The notes: a model not told the origin generated them from the sequence alone. Shown: positions 12,437 to 24,258, counted from the first letter of the whole stretch. The stretch is 61,995 nt of DNA, filler included, from Gonapodya sp. JEL0774 (GCA_027604505.1; 12 parts of 12 records of this genome joined end to end with filler, not necessarily neighbours in it); one strand, 5' to 3'. Numbers and translations: made by a program.

Positions 12437-14697
12437 CTGTGATGTGACTTTGGTCGGTTGAGCGTTGAGTGGGGATCAAAGTGGGATGTGTCGCTTTGTC
12501 CTCCTCACACACCCCCGCCACACCTGCACACCACTCTCAGTCTTCCACCACGCGATCGCACCAACTCAATCCACTACTTTCACCAAGTTTTCGCTTGCCC
12601 TTCTTCCCGGCCACCACTCGCCCTCTCTGTCAACAAGTCTCTTGCTTTCCCCGCGCGTGCTGTTCCCGCACCCCCGCGGGCGGTGTCCCCGCTCTTCTTT
12701 CTGCCCGGGAAACAACGCGATCGCCGGCGACCTCTGCTGTATTTTCCCCGCGATGTCTCCGCCAGAACGGGCGGGACTTGGGGGGACTTGTGGTTTGAGT
12801 CTTTGACGTGTCGTGCCGTGTGGGTTCAAGTTCACGCGATAAAAGAGTCTCCCACCCCGCTGCCAGGGATTGTGGCGCAATCACTGCACCACCTGACATT
12901 TCTCTTCATTCTGCCAGCAGCCCGTGATTGATCATCAACTCATAATGTGGAACTCGCACAAGAAACGCACAAGAATCAATCGACTTCAATTCCGTCAGAC
13001 TCGGCCCCGTCTTGTCCTTCCCTCCTCAAACGCCGATTCTTGTTCTCCCCCCCGCACTCCACTCCCTTCCCCTCACTCCCCTCACTTTCCAGTGTCTTGG
13101 CCCACCCGCTCCACTCTCCCCTCCGGTTATCATTCCTCACTTTTACTCATGTGTTTACTAATTCCTATTTCCATTTCATTTCATTATTCGACGCAGCCCT
13201 CCCGCCAAACCCCCGCCCAGCCCCCAGCACCCCTCCAGAGGTTTCACCAAAATTTTACCCGGTGTGTGACAATAATACATATCATTCCCACCATTCCGTT
13301 TCAGTCAGAACCCCATCGCTGCTCCTGCAAGAGCAAATTAAACCGCCCTTAACTTCCACCTTCCCGTGCTCCCTCATCCCTGACCCGCCGTCCGTCTCCC
13401 CCTCAAAGATTACCCGGCTGAGCCCCTCTCAACGTGGCAGTGATCCTGAGGGATCGTGGCCGGGCGCTCTGCGGTTGACCCAGCTGTGAGTGGTCGGGCG
13501 GGCATGCAGCTGGGCATGCTCCCGCCAAAAGCGACAAGCGACAAGCGCTTCTGACCTAATAGTCACCCGGGCCGCTCAATCTTGTGCTTTCCATCTTCTG
13601 TTCATATACTCGAGTACGAAACTAAACTGAAGCCACCGAATTACAGAAATTTGTATTCCGCACACCACACCAAAATTATGAGCATGGAACACAGCGCTTA
13701 TGAGCATGGAACACAACGCAAGCTCATCGAAGCACCGATCTCCCTTTGTCCTCACGTACGTCCGTACGCACGGAAATGGACTCGGGTGAACGCAATATCC
13801 AATGCCTGTGTGCCAGTAGTGCCCATGAAGAGACCCCGTCGGAAGGACCGTCCACCTCTCTCACAATGACGAACGCCACGCCCGGTACTGGCCAAACCTG
13901 CAGACACATGGTGCGACTGATCACCTGATAGGCTATCCCCACAACTTTCGCCGCCGCCCGCCACCTCCACACAACCAACGCACCTCTCACCCGCTCTTCT
14001 CTCCAGTGTCTCGACCCTGCATCTTGTCAGATGCACTTGGATTTTCTCGCGACGGTGCCCTAGACGGCAGGAACGTCAAAATAGACATGATGGTAGTGAA
14101 GAATACCCGTGTGATTGCGTACGTATGTATGAGCGGGTCGACGACGGGGCAGGTCCCTCGCGCTCTAGTCTCCACCGTGCTCCATGTGCTTTCCGGAAGA
14201 CTGAAGCCGCGGATTGAAAGCAGAAAATGCCAATGGCAAATACGACGTACGTAACATGAACCGGCGTCCGGCGACTTTACTTTTTTTGGCGTGATTTTGT
14301 TGCCTGATAAGGGACCCGCACTCACCAGGACCCTCCCTGCCAAGTGTCTCCCTGCCTTCTTCCTACCACCATCACGGGAGACATCAGGTCACGAGAACAG
14401 CAGATTTTCGTCGCGCTGATATTGGTGTAAAGAGTGACTTCCATTGATGTGGAATGTACTCGCACTTGTCGCTTGAAACCTCGTGGTCTGACTCGGGGCC
14501 GAGTCGGTGAGACTACACCACGACAGGGTTCCGTACAAAATTACCTGAGGGTGTCACTCCGTCCTCCTTACCTTACTGTATTGCCCGTAAAACCTGCCGC
14601 AAGCACTCCATCGAATAATATGTAAAGCCCGTCATTCCAACCACCTTTCGCCGTTTTCACCCTTCCACAATCCACATCCGTCCCCCCTCCGAAATCA

Positions 14698-15492
14698 ATG
14701 CGCATCAGTTCCATCGCCACAACGCTCGCCACAGCCTTGGCAGTGCTCGGTACTTCGGTACGTGCCGCCGCGCCCGCGTTTTATGGGACCGCACCGGCCG
14801 GATGGGGTGCGGGGGTCACGGGGGGCACCGGAGCTCCTACGGCGAATATATACGTGGTGAGCACGCTCGGTGAGTTGTTGTTACGGTACTTCCACGTCCG
14901 TCCGCACACGGCGTGCGCGTGGGCATGCGGTTGACACGACGATTTTACATACCTCGATCGATGTGTTGGATGAAATTAATTTTAATTCGCAGCTGACTTG
15001 ATCAAGGCGGCCAAGAAGAAAGTGAGCCCCAAGATTATTTTCGTGAGCGGGACCATTGTGAGTTGTGCATTTGGTGAAGTGGTGAAGTCGGGTGATGGGG
15101 ATCACCCGAACCCGAACCCACGACCTTTTGACACCATCCACACTGAATCTGTTGCTTGTTTCCGTCCAATTGACTCCCCCGACCATCATGCATGACAGGA
15201 TGCCACCGTCGATCCCTCTGGCAACGCGCTCACCGCGAGTTATTTCGCGTCTGGATGTGAGTAAAACCCGTCTGCTGTTGTTCAAGTCATATTGTTGTCC
15301 GCCACTGATATCAATGACGCTGAACTAATTTATTTCCCCAACAGACAACATCAACACCTACGCCAGCTCTTGCTTCACCTCCGACGGTCTCCACGCCGTC
15401 TCTTCCTCCACGTGCACCACGCAAAAGGATCTCGCCAACACCGGTCAGAGCGCGCAGAGCAGCTACATCAAGGTCGCACTCACGGACAACAC
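14698..15492 (+). CDS. Secreted pectate lyase, family PL1, 3'-truncated, intron-containing
   Basis: Signal peptide, then GWGAGVTGG...NIYVVST/..PKIIFVSGTI/DATVDPSGNALTASYF.../...SYIKVALTDN, matching the N-terminal half of a PL1 beta-helix. Confidence 0.8.
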
Positions 15493-15592
15493 NNNNNNNN
15501 NNNNNNNNNNNNNNNNNNNNNNNNNNNNNNNNNNNNTTAATTAATTAANNNNNNNNNNNNNNNNNNNNNNNNNNNNNNNNNNNNNNNNNNNN

Positions 15593-16090
15593 TTGCCGGC
15601 AGACCATTGCTGGGGTGTCACAGCAACTCTACCTGGTGACTGTCGTGGGAGTGCTTGCAAAAAGGATCCTGCAAATCCATTTTGCTGTCTGCGGTGGTTA
15701 CTGGGGAGTCAACCTGACTTTATGAGTCGTAAGTCCTGGATTGAGGAGGTGGTTGAAGCAGCTGGCCATTGCTGCATTTTCAGTCCAAAGTTCCATCCCG
15801 AACTGAATGGCCCAGTGGAAATGTGTTGGGGATGGCTAAAGCGGCAGGTCCGGGACTTCAATGATGGAACGTACAAGACATTGGTGAGATTGGTGAATGA
15901 GGCTGAAGATGAATTGCTAGGAAAAATTTCTATGGTGCGCAGATATTTTGCGCACATGGACCGATACCGCGTGGCTTATGAGGTGGGTTTGGATGGACGG
16001 CGAGCAGACATTGCACTAAAGAAGTACAAGACACACCGAGGAGTAGACTTTAATGCATATTTAGAAAACACAGATCTTTCTGATTTGTAA
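15593..16090 (+). CDS. IS630/Tc1/mariner-type DDE transposase, C-terminal part
   Basis: CCLRWLLGSQPDF...GHCCIFSPKFHPELNGPVEMCWGWLK matches the LPKFHxELNPIExxW catalytic-Glu motif. Confidence 0.85.
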   Translation: MPADHCWGVTATLPGDCRGSACKKDPANPFCCLRWLLGSQPDFMSRKSWIEEVVEAAGHCCIFSPKFHPELNGPVEMCWGWLKRQVRDFNDGTYKTLVRLVNEAEDELLGKISMVRRYFAHMDRYRVAYEVGLDGRRADIALKKYKTHRGVDFNAYLENTDLSDL

Positions 16091-16125
16091 GATTTATTAC
16101 ACCTCTATTAATTACTTATGTAGAA

Positions 16126-16687
16126 TTACGAAGAGAGGTGAACAATCGCTGAGCTGTTCAACAAATACTTAGGAATGGGGTTGCTAGTCATATCAATTTG
16201 AATGTAGCTTGAAGAAAGCATAAATGGACATTGACTTACTCCACGTCGACGTGTGTCTTTGTGTTCAGACTCCTTGTCGATACTCTCGATAATCCCCATC
16301 TGTCCCGCAGCAGCAGCCATGTCCTTTCCCGCAACTAACCCCACGCAACACAAACTCTAATTGAGCGATATCATTGAGATAAGCCCACGTTTCAGCCGTC
16401 TAGTGAGCATCGTACTCACTGATCCCACCGGTGCCCCAGTGGAGCGATACACCTTTACAGCCAAATATCGCTTTGAAGGGTCTGTAACACATGTCATGAA
16501 AATTTGATGCCATGCAGTAAACATAGCTTCACATCGACTCACCGTTGACATTAACAGTCTCTGTCATCCGACTGAAGGTGACCGAATCTCCCACTTGGAG
16601 GAACTCTCCACAGCCATTTGGATGCTCAGGCCCACAACGGCGCCCGTTATCTGTCTTGTTTAGTCCAGCAATTGTGATGGCGGTCAT
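16126..16687 (-). CDS. Small spliced gene with Cys/His motif and HIRAN-like segment, convergent with the transposase
   Basis: ITIAGLNKTDNGRRCGPEHPNGCGEFLQVGDSVTF.../..LAVKVYRSTG../..CCVGLV...GIIESIDKESEHKDTRRRG, with GTGAGT/GTAAGT donors between segments. Confidence 0.5.
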
Positions 16688-17543
16688 ATTTCCAGGGTTC
16701 TGGCGTTCAAGTTGTTGAAATTGCAATGGTGTGGTGCAGGGTGGGTGGTGCGAGTGCGGCTGCACCAGCACCTTTAAGAAGCAGAAATAACGCAGAAACC
16801 AAGCCAGTGACGTTGAATGAACAGTAGCCGGTGAAGGAAACACCATGGAACCCATCCCAATCACACCGGCTAAACTCATCCGAATCCCAATGAGTTTTTA
16901 CAATTTAGCCGGAATCTCGGGAATTAATTCTTTTTTATGGTTAATTATGTTAGTATTGAATTAATAGATGTTTTGCTATTTTTCGTGGAGAAAAGTTGCG
17001 CTGGGTGGGGTGATTGGCTTAGGTGACCGATCGCTGTCGCGGACTGTATACGGGACGGAATAGAAGGAGGCTGGAGAATAAAGGCCACAGGGCTCCTTAC
17101 TGACCAAAGCTCGAAATGGTTTGAATAACCGTACCTTCAGATTAGCTTAGATTTCTACAAGTGTCAGTTCAAAGTTAAAAGGCATTGTCTTGCGGTCACC
17201 CTTGCTGTACAGCACAATCTTGGTAGTGGCTGCCGTCGTCTCTCTCTACACCACACCAGTGATAAGGATCCCATGCTCGGAAAGTCAACAAGCTGCTTGG
17301 CGCCGCTCCTCTTCTGGGAGGCACGACACTAATGCCAAGCGTTCAAACAACGCTTATGAGCTCTGGATACCATACGATCACAATACTCGGGGACAGTCAG
17401 TGCCACGGAGATTATCTTGAAAAGGGTGAAGTGCTATTCAAATGTTTTGTGGGTGATAACACATTGAAAAAGTGGGATGTGCCCCCACCAGTTCCACGTG
17501 GCGCCTCAAGCCAGCGACCCGAAACCGCCCTTAACAACAACCG

Positions 17544-20500
17544 ATGGCAGCTGGAGATGCTAGAGGTGAATCACGTCGTTGATTTTTCAAATTTAATTCA
17601 CCGATCGCTGTTGTTTCCAGGCTCTGTGCCACGCGACGAGAGCGACTACACTGTCGGATGGATATGCGCACTCGACAAGGAACTGACCGCCGCCCAAGTA
17701 TTGCTCGACGAAGAGCACGAGCCATTGCCGTACGAGGACGATGGCGACGATAACGTGTACACTTTCGGGAGGATGGGGGAGCACAACGTCGTGATTGCGT
17801 GCCTCCCCGCGGGCATGATGGGAACCAACTCTGCAGCCGGAGTCGCCACAAAAATGAAGATGAAATTCAGATCGCTTCGTTTTGGACTCATGGTTGGCAT
17901 TGGAGGCGGAGTGCCGAGCGAAGAGGCAGATATTCGGTTGGGAGATATTGTCGTCAGTCAGCCAGACCACGGACATGGCGGCGTTGTTCAGTACGACTTT
18001 GGCAAGGCAACGCCAAGCGGGTTTGAGCGAACGGGGTTCCTCAATGCACCACCGCAAATCCTGCTCAACGCCCTGAGCAAACTCAAGGCCAATCTGCTGC
18101 GGAAAAAGAGTCATTTGGCCGACCATATTTTGAAGTTCAACGAGCTTGAAGAATTTACACGTGCCACTGCGGGACCCGATGTCCTGTTCGAAGCCACGTA
18201 CAACCACGCCGGTGGACCCACCTGCAAGTCTTGTAGTGTGGACAAACAGGTGGACCGCGATGCTCGGTCTGGAAATGCACCGGTCGTTCACTATGGTACC
18301 ATTGCGTCTGGCAATCAAGTTTTGAGGAACGGTGCGGAAAGGGATGCCATCAGCAAAGAGTTCGGAGGCGTGATGTGCTTTGAGATGGAAGCGGCTGGCC
18401 TGATGAACAACTTCCCATGTCTCGTGATTCGAGGCATTTGCGACTATTCCGACTCTCACAAAAACAAAAAGTGGCAGAATTACGCTGCAGCGGTGGCTGC
18501 GGCGTACGCGAAAGAGTTGTTGTCGGTGATTCCACCGACGGATGTGGCGAAGGAGCGCACACTGCATGAAGCGACACGTGGGTAGTTCTATGACTTCATT
18601 GTACAATCAGGCATGCCGAAATTGATGACAAATTATCGGTGAATATGCAGCATCGAAACCCCTCAAACCAGTGTCAAAGTTCTACATTCCATTTTTGAGG
18701 AACTCACATTTCGTCGGTCGTGCAAAATTGCTGAAGGATTTGGAGGACGCACTGTTCGTCGGGAACAAATGCAACAAACTCGCTGTTGTTGGCCTCGGCG
18801 GTATAGGGAAGACGCAAATCGCGCTGGAGCTTGCATATCGAGTGAAGGACACGCATCGCGAATACTCCATCTTCTGGCTACCCGCAATCAGCAAAGCAGT
18901 GTTTGAACAAGCGTGCGGAAAGGTCGCAGAAGAATTGGGGATTGCACCAGCAGACGGACAAAAAGAAGATGTCAAAACCATCGTCCAGCAACATTTGAGC
19001 GGCGGAAAGAGTGGCGCTTGGTTTCTGATCGTGGATAACGCCGATGATATGGACTGTATGACCGATATCACACCTTTTCTTCCGCAGAGTGAAAATGGTC
19101 GGACGTTGTTTACAACACGCTTTCAACAGGTGGCGGTGGAGCTCGCGGAAAACGATGTCTTTGATCTTCAAGAGATGGACATACAGGACGCAGTAGATTT
19201 ATTCCAAAGTTCTTTGATCCGCAAAGAACTTTCGAGCACAGATCCTTCTGTAACGCAGGATCTCCTGAAAGAACTCGCGTATCTCCCGTTGGCAATCAAA
19301 CAAGCGGCGGCATATCTTAATATTAACAAAACAATAACTGTCGCAAAGTATCTGAAAATGCTCAGCAGCACAGAAAAGAGCATGACGAAGCTCCTCAGTG
19401 AGGGCTTCCGCGACGAGACACGGTACGGAGGATCGAAACACGCAGTGGCGACAACTTGGATGGTCTCCTTTGAGCAGATCCAGAAGAACCAATCTCATGC
19501 GGCCGACCTTCTTTCATTCATTGCGTGCATCGAATCAAAGTCCATTCCTCGAAGCATCTTGCCCGTATGCGGGGACGAACTTGACATGGAATCCGCTATC
19601 AGCGCGCTTGTTGGTTACTCGTTCTTGTCAGCTCGTGGATCCGTTCCATCTCAAGGCCCTTTCGACATGCATCGTCTTGTGCACTTAGCTGCCGGAACAT
19701 GGCTTCGCACACATGAAGATCTTTGGGCAAAAGAGACCGCAGAAGTTATCATGCATTTCTCCCAGATTTTTCCGACTGATGAGTGGGACAATCGTTTTCT
19801 GTGGAGGGATTATCTTCCTCACGTCTTGAAAGTACTGGAATACGAGGGTAGCGAAGCTACTACGGAAAAGCTTGTTGAGAGGTACAACCTATGCCTTAGG
19901 GTTGGGTGTTGCTTGATAAAAGATGGGAGGGGAACAGAGGCAATTCCCGTCCTCGAGGAGTGTGTTAAGGGATTGGCTCCAGGAGCAACTAGTGGCACGA
20001 CGCCAGACAAAGATGCTTCATTTTTGAACGCCCGCTACGCCCTCGCACTTGCATGTCTTTCTGGAGGCCAGGCGTCCCGAGCAGTACAGGAGCTCGAACA
20101 GATCGTTGATCTTGGGACCAAAATCTCAGCGAAAAGTGATCCAAAAGAGGTGTTGGAGTGGCAGCTTCAGCTAGCCAGAGCTTATCTCGCCTGCGGCCGG
20201 AAGGATGACGGTATAAAGATGCTTCTCCGCGTCCGGGATTCAGCACCAGACAATAACCCGTTGAAGCTCTTGGCTGCGGACGAGGCTATTAGCATTGGAT
20301 CGTACGGCAGTAGGTTGTGTATATCTACAGCGATGCGATTTTGAACATCTTGCATCATCTCGTGACTACTGCCCTGCATTATAGGGGATTGGGTGGATTC
20401 TGCGAGTATCGTCGGGATAGTGAATTCCACCGATGGTGATCTCAATTTCCAAGGTGAGTTAAATTGTTCCTGAATGTTGATATGGCAGTCAGACCTCAGT

Positions 20501-20624
20501 TCGTTTACCCCTTTTCTTTTATGTTGTGGTACAGGTAAGATGATAGGCACGGTGGGCGCTCGTGTGCTCGCCGATTTACTCCAGCAGAATGCCGCAGGCA
20601 AAGTGGTCAAGTTGAACTTGTTCG
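17544..20624 (+). CDS. NLR-like protein: PNP_UDP nucleoside-phosphorylase domain + NB-ARC + TPR-like helices + start of LRR, truncated
   Basis: Inferred ATG at 17544 with introns 17566-17620 and 18578-18650. PNP motifs DYTVGWICAL, GLMVGIGGG, CFEMEAAGL, VIRGICDYSDSHKNK. NB-ARC motifs FVGR, GLGGIGKT, LIVDNAD, LFTTR, YLPLAI, MHRLVH. Terminal exon 20535-20624 reads KMIGTVGARVLADLLQQN...VVKLNLF. Confidence 0.9.
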
Positions 20625-20641
20625 GTGAGAGCTTGTCCGGC

Positions 20642-20676
20642 TTAGGGTTAGGGTTAGGGTTAGGGTTAGGGTTAGG
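20642..20676 (+). repeat. Telomere-type repeat (TTAGGG)5 plus TTAGG at the contig end
   Basis: Perfect TTAGGG run to the contig edge, G-strand oriented outward. Confidence 0.9.
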
Positions 20677-20776
20677 NNNNNNNNNNNNNNNNNNNNNNNN
20701 NNNNNNNNNNNNNNNNNNNNTTAATTAATTAANNNNNNNNNNNNNNNNNNNNNNNNNNNNNNNNNNNNNNNNNNNN

Positions 20777-21248
20777 GAAGGTAAAAGCTGCCCTGTCCGC
20801 CTTCCCGGGGTGGTGCGTTCACCTTGAACAGGTGCTCATATCGTTGGAGGACCTCCTCTGGTGACGGATTCTCCTTGTCCACATTAAGAATCATCGCAGC
20901 CTCCTCAAATGTCATTCCCGTTTGTCGGGTATGTGTGGAGGTCCTAGATCCACCCGCGGCAGCTCCTCGTGCAGCGTCATTCGCGGCGGCTTTCATGATC
21001 ATGAGCAAATGCTAAAACCTTTAGACAACGGAGAAGCAAGAACTCCGGATTGACAGATTGCCACTTACAAGCTGCAACTTCTCTCCATGCCTCCACAAAA
21101 GCTTTTCCAACGATTGTAGATCCCTGAAGGATTATCTGTGTGAGTACGCGAGGAAGTGACTGTGGGGACCAGGGAACGGGTTCAGTGATGATCGCTCAGA
21201 GAGGTCTCAAGTAGCAAGATCGTTTTCTGCCAACTGGTGGCGCACCAT
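20777..21248 (-). CDS. PAM16: Mitochondrial import motor subunit Pam16/Tim16, 3'-truncated
   Basis: M/SLPRVLTQIILQGSTIVGKAFVEAWRE.../GMTFEEAAMILNV...QRYEHLFKVN...GSFYL. Confidence 0.93.
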
Positions 21249-21374
21249 TTTCAAAGCTGATGGGTGGTGAACGAACACGTTGTGTGCTGTATGCAGCCGA
21301 AAGAGAAGGTGCTGAATCATGCTGTGCCCTAGTTCTTGTGTGACACCCGTCCTCCTCAGCAGACATCTTTCGCC

Positions 21375-23171
21375 ATGCCGTTCGCACAGGTCGTCGTGGG
21401 ACCGCCCGGAAGCGGAAAGACTACATATTGCAAGGCGATGGCGCACTTTCTTGGACTGGCAGGCAGGTGAGTTCCTATCAGAACGAGAAAAATTCCCTAT
21501 CCCCAACCAGATGGCATCTCCCGCAATGATAAACAGGGACGTGGCTATCGTAAACCTGGATCCAGCGAATGAAAACATTCCGTGAGGATAAATGAACTGC
21601 ACAATGCTTCAGAGATAGGAGCAATGAACCTATCGACTTCTCAGATATTCGCCAGCTCTTTCTATTTTTGATCTGATTGCACTCGACGACGCGATGGAGT
21701 CTCTGCAGCTGGGCCCAAATGGTGGAATGCTGTGTATGTCCAGTTCTCTCTTTCACGTCGAACGCTGTGTGTCAAGACAGAGCTGTTCGCACTCGTTCTC
21801 CATATCACCGAAGACTGCTTGGATTATCTTGAAAAGAATCTCGATTGGTTCGTCGATGAGCTCAGTAAGGCATCTCTTAAAGGTATGCACTTCGCCTCGT
21901 AAAAGTGGAATGTTCTGCAGACTTGTGCTGACTAACTTGCAAAACGATACCGGCAACCCAGACAAGTATCTTTTGTTGGATCTCCCTGGGCAAGTTGAGC
22001 TTGTTACCAATCATTCGGCTGTTCCAAAAGTCCTTGACGTTTTGGAGAAGCGACTTGGTTACAGGGTGAATACCAGGATTGCTGCACCGCTGGCCGTGAA
22101 CTGACAAATGTTACCCCGTCGACTTATTTGTTCAAGCTCACGGTCGTCAACTTGGTCCCTTCGCATCTCATTCTTCACCCTCACCTGTACCTGTCGGCTC
22201 TCCTCCTGTCCTTACAAACTATGCTCCACCTTCCTTACCCGTTTATTTCCATCCTCTCCAAACTTGATACTCTCTCTCCTTCTGCCTCCATGCAAAGTGG
22301 GACTGGTGAGGATTCTCAAAAGTCGAGAATCATGCCAGCCAACCCACTCCCAGCGCGGCTCTCCACGTACCTCTCTGCGAATTCCCTAGACACCTTACTG
22401 ACGTCCTCCATTTCTGATGATCCAGTCATGTCCCGCTACCATTCTCTCACGGAATCACTGGTGTCATTGGTAGAAGATTTCGGCCTTGTCGGTTTTCTTC
22501 CTTTGGCTGTAGAGGATCTGAGACTCATCATGCGGGTGGCCAAAGACGTAGACCATGCCGCGGGGTATTACCCCGCAAATGATAAAGAAGTCGATTTCGC
22601 TGAAGTTCGAGTGCCGAGAAAATGGGCTGGCGGCACTGGACTCTCTGCAGGACTGGACAACCCAGAACGGTTCAATTTAGATGACTTAACAGATGCAGAT
22701 TACTTTGACGATTTGAACATGGAGGAGTTTTTTGATACGATTGAGGAAGAATATCTTGGAGAGCGTGAAGAGGTGGAGTTTGAATCAGGAGATGATGAAG
22801 ACAGGCACAGAGCAGATGAGGCGGACGAGGAAATGTTCCAGCCAAAAGAAAGGTTTGATGGTCGTGAGTCGAGGCGATTGCAAACCACTGCAGCTGCAGA
22901 TTTGCCGCCGGTTGATCATGCAGAAGTCATTCCACCTGTAACTCTCGATATCGAGGAACACTCGCACGTGGGTACTTTTGGTTCCCCTTTTGCGAAAAAT
23001 GGAGCTTCTCAAGAGAGAAAGGAAGGATTTCGTTCCTCCACCCGTCTGGATTCGGGATCCGCAATCAAACCCAGTATGGGAACGCCTCTTGGAGTCAGCG
23101 ATGTAGATTTAGATGCCATCTATGGGGAAGATTACTTGAATGATCCGAGACTTCGGAGAGCTATACCTTAG
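21375..23171 (+). CDS. GPN2: GPN-loop GTPase 2
   Basis: [55 protein letters not shown] and a long acidic C-terminal tail. Confidence 0.9.
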
Positions 23172-23216
23172 GAATCATAGGCTATAATTAAACCTCAAAT
23201 GTATTTGTTCTCTTGC

Positions 23217-23308
23217 CTCTAATCCCTTCTCAACCACCACAGAGCACCTCTAATTCCATATCAATCACCTCGGAGCACCTCTAATCCCATCTCAATCACC
23301 TCAGAGCC
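23217..23308. repeat. 31-bp minisatellite, about 3 copies
   Basis: CTCTAAT(C/T)CC..(C/A)TCAA(C/T)CAC C.C.GAGCAC unit repeated three times between two convergent stop codons. Confidence 0.8.
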
Positions 23309-23331
23309 ACGTATGTGTACTCTTGTCAATT

Positions 23332-24258
23332 TTATTGCTCAATGCTGTTTGCGTCGTGCTTCATGGCTGGCGTGGGTTGAGAAGTGTCTCTCTGTACTGC
23401 TTCAAGTGGCGGCAGCATAAATTTGGTGTGGCGACCGACTGCAACAAGCTGATCTCCAATCTTGATTTGAGTGGTAGTAAATGCTAGAGTGCGACCCAGT
23501 CTATCACACGTTCCTTCGATGATGACCTTGGAGGCCATCGGCGCAGCTCTGAACGCCGAGCGAATTGGAATTTCGAGAAGAGAGAGGGCAAGGACAAACG
23601 CACAACAGATCTCACTTCAAATAGCTCACGTTAAGATCTACACTAACATGCCGTTGGTAGCTAGCGCCGTGCGATGCGATGGCGGTGGAACCGATTATAT
23701 CTTTAACGCGGGCAGCTGCACTTGAATTCATTCAGAGCAGAACCATGGAATAACACCACGTCTTACCGACAAGACTAGCGATTGCTCCACCTAGCACCGA
23801 GGAAGCAATGAAGCTCAATGATGTTATTGCATCCATCCTCAACTAACTTGTTTCGCCAAAGGGTTCACCATGAAGGGATCCATGTCGATTCTGTCGTATT
23901 CAAAGCAATGCTGTCAGAACTGTCCTCGTGCAGGAAACAGTGTACTCGATTCTATCGAAACGTACGGCGACCTCCTTGGTGACGGCCAGCTCGCATAGGA
24001 TTCGGCCTTTCCAAGCATCAGTCACCACAAGCTGTCCATCACATGATCATTCCGATGCCGATAAGAAGAAAGAATTGCGATCGCAAAACAACGGTAATGT
24101 GTCCATTGAGTTCAGACAATTTCATTGTGTGAAACTGGATGGTGTGAGTAACAGGAGCGTACATGAGGAAAAACCAGTGAATCCATGCCCCCACAGCCAA
24201 CAAGCTTCTGCAAGTAGGATTTGGCAATTTCCAAAGTCGATGTCGGAATTTGGGGCAT
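23332..24258 (-). CDS. Hotdog-fold acyl-CoA thioesterase (PaaI/ACOT13-like)
   Basis: Spliced VVTDAWKGRILCELAVTKEVA/NRHGSLHG/GAIASLV/...DLNVSY/...EGTCDRLGRTLAFTTTQI...VAVGRHTKF. Confidence 0.85.

Larger units (their letters stand above)
15593..17046 (+). mobile_element. Right part of an ITm DNA transposon, putative end ...GTCGCGGACTG followed by TA
   Basis: Transposase, then an AT-rich subterminal stretch (16900-16990), then ACTG|TA at 17043-17048, which fits a CAGT terminus with a TA target site. The left end is not in the contig. Confidence 0.55.

Noticed and set aside
10402..12447. Many long overlapping ORFs on both strands
   Set aside because: Expected from GC-rich trinucleotide and hexanucleotide low-complexity sequence with few stop codons. 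There is no evidence for overlapping genes.
13676..13720. Short direct repeat TTATGAGCATGGAACACA x2 (similar small duplication near 38250-38278)
   Set aside because: Isolated two-copy microduplications with no associated structure.
17332..17543. ORF-track N-terminal extension of the PNP domain (MPSVQTT...)
   Set aside because: A 55-nt GT-AG intron at 17566-17620 with ATG at 17544 gives a more plausible start; the extension reads through intron-like sequence.
17593..18606. 337-aa antisense ORF over the PNP domain
   Set aside because: Shadow ORF of a well-supported plus-strand gene, with no recognisable motifs.
23217..23308. 31-bp repeats as a possible CRISPR array
   Set aside because: The units are contiguous with no unique spacers, there are no cas genes, and the context is eukaryotic.
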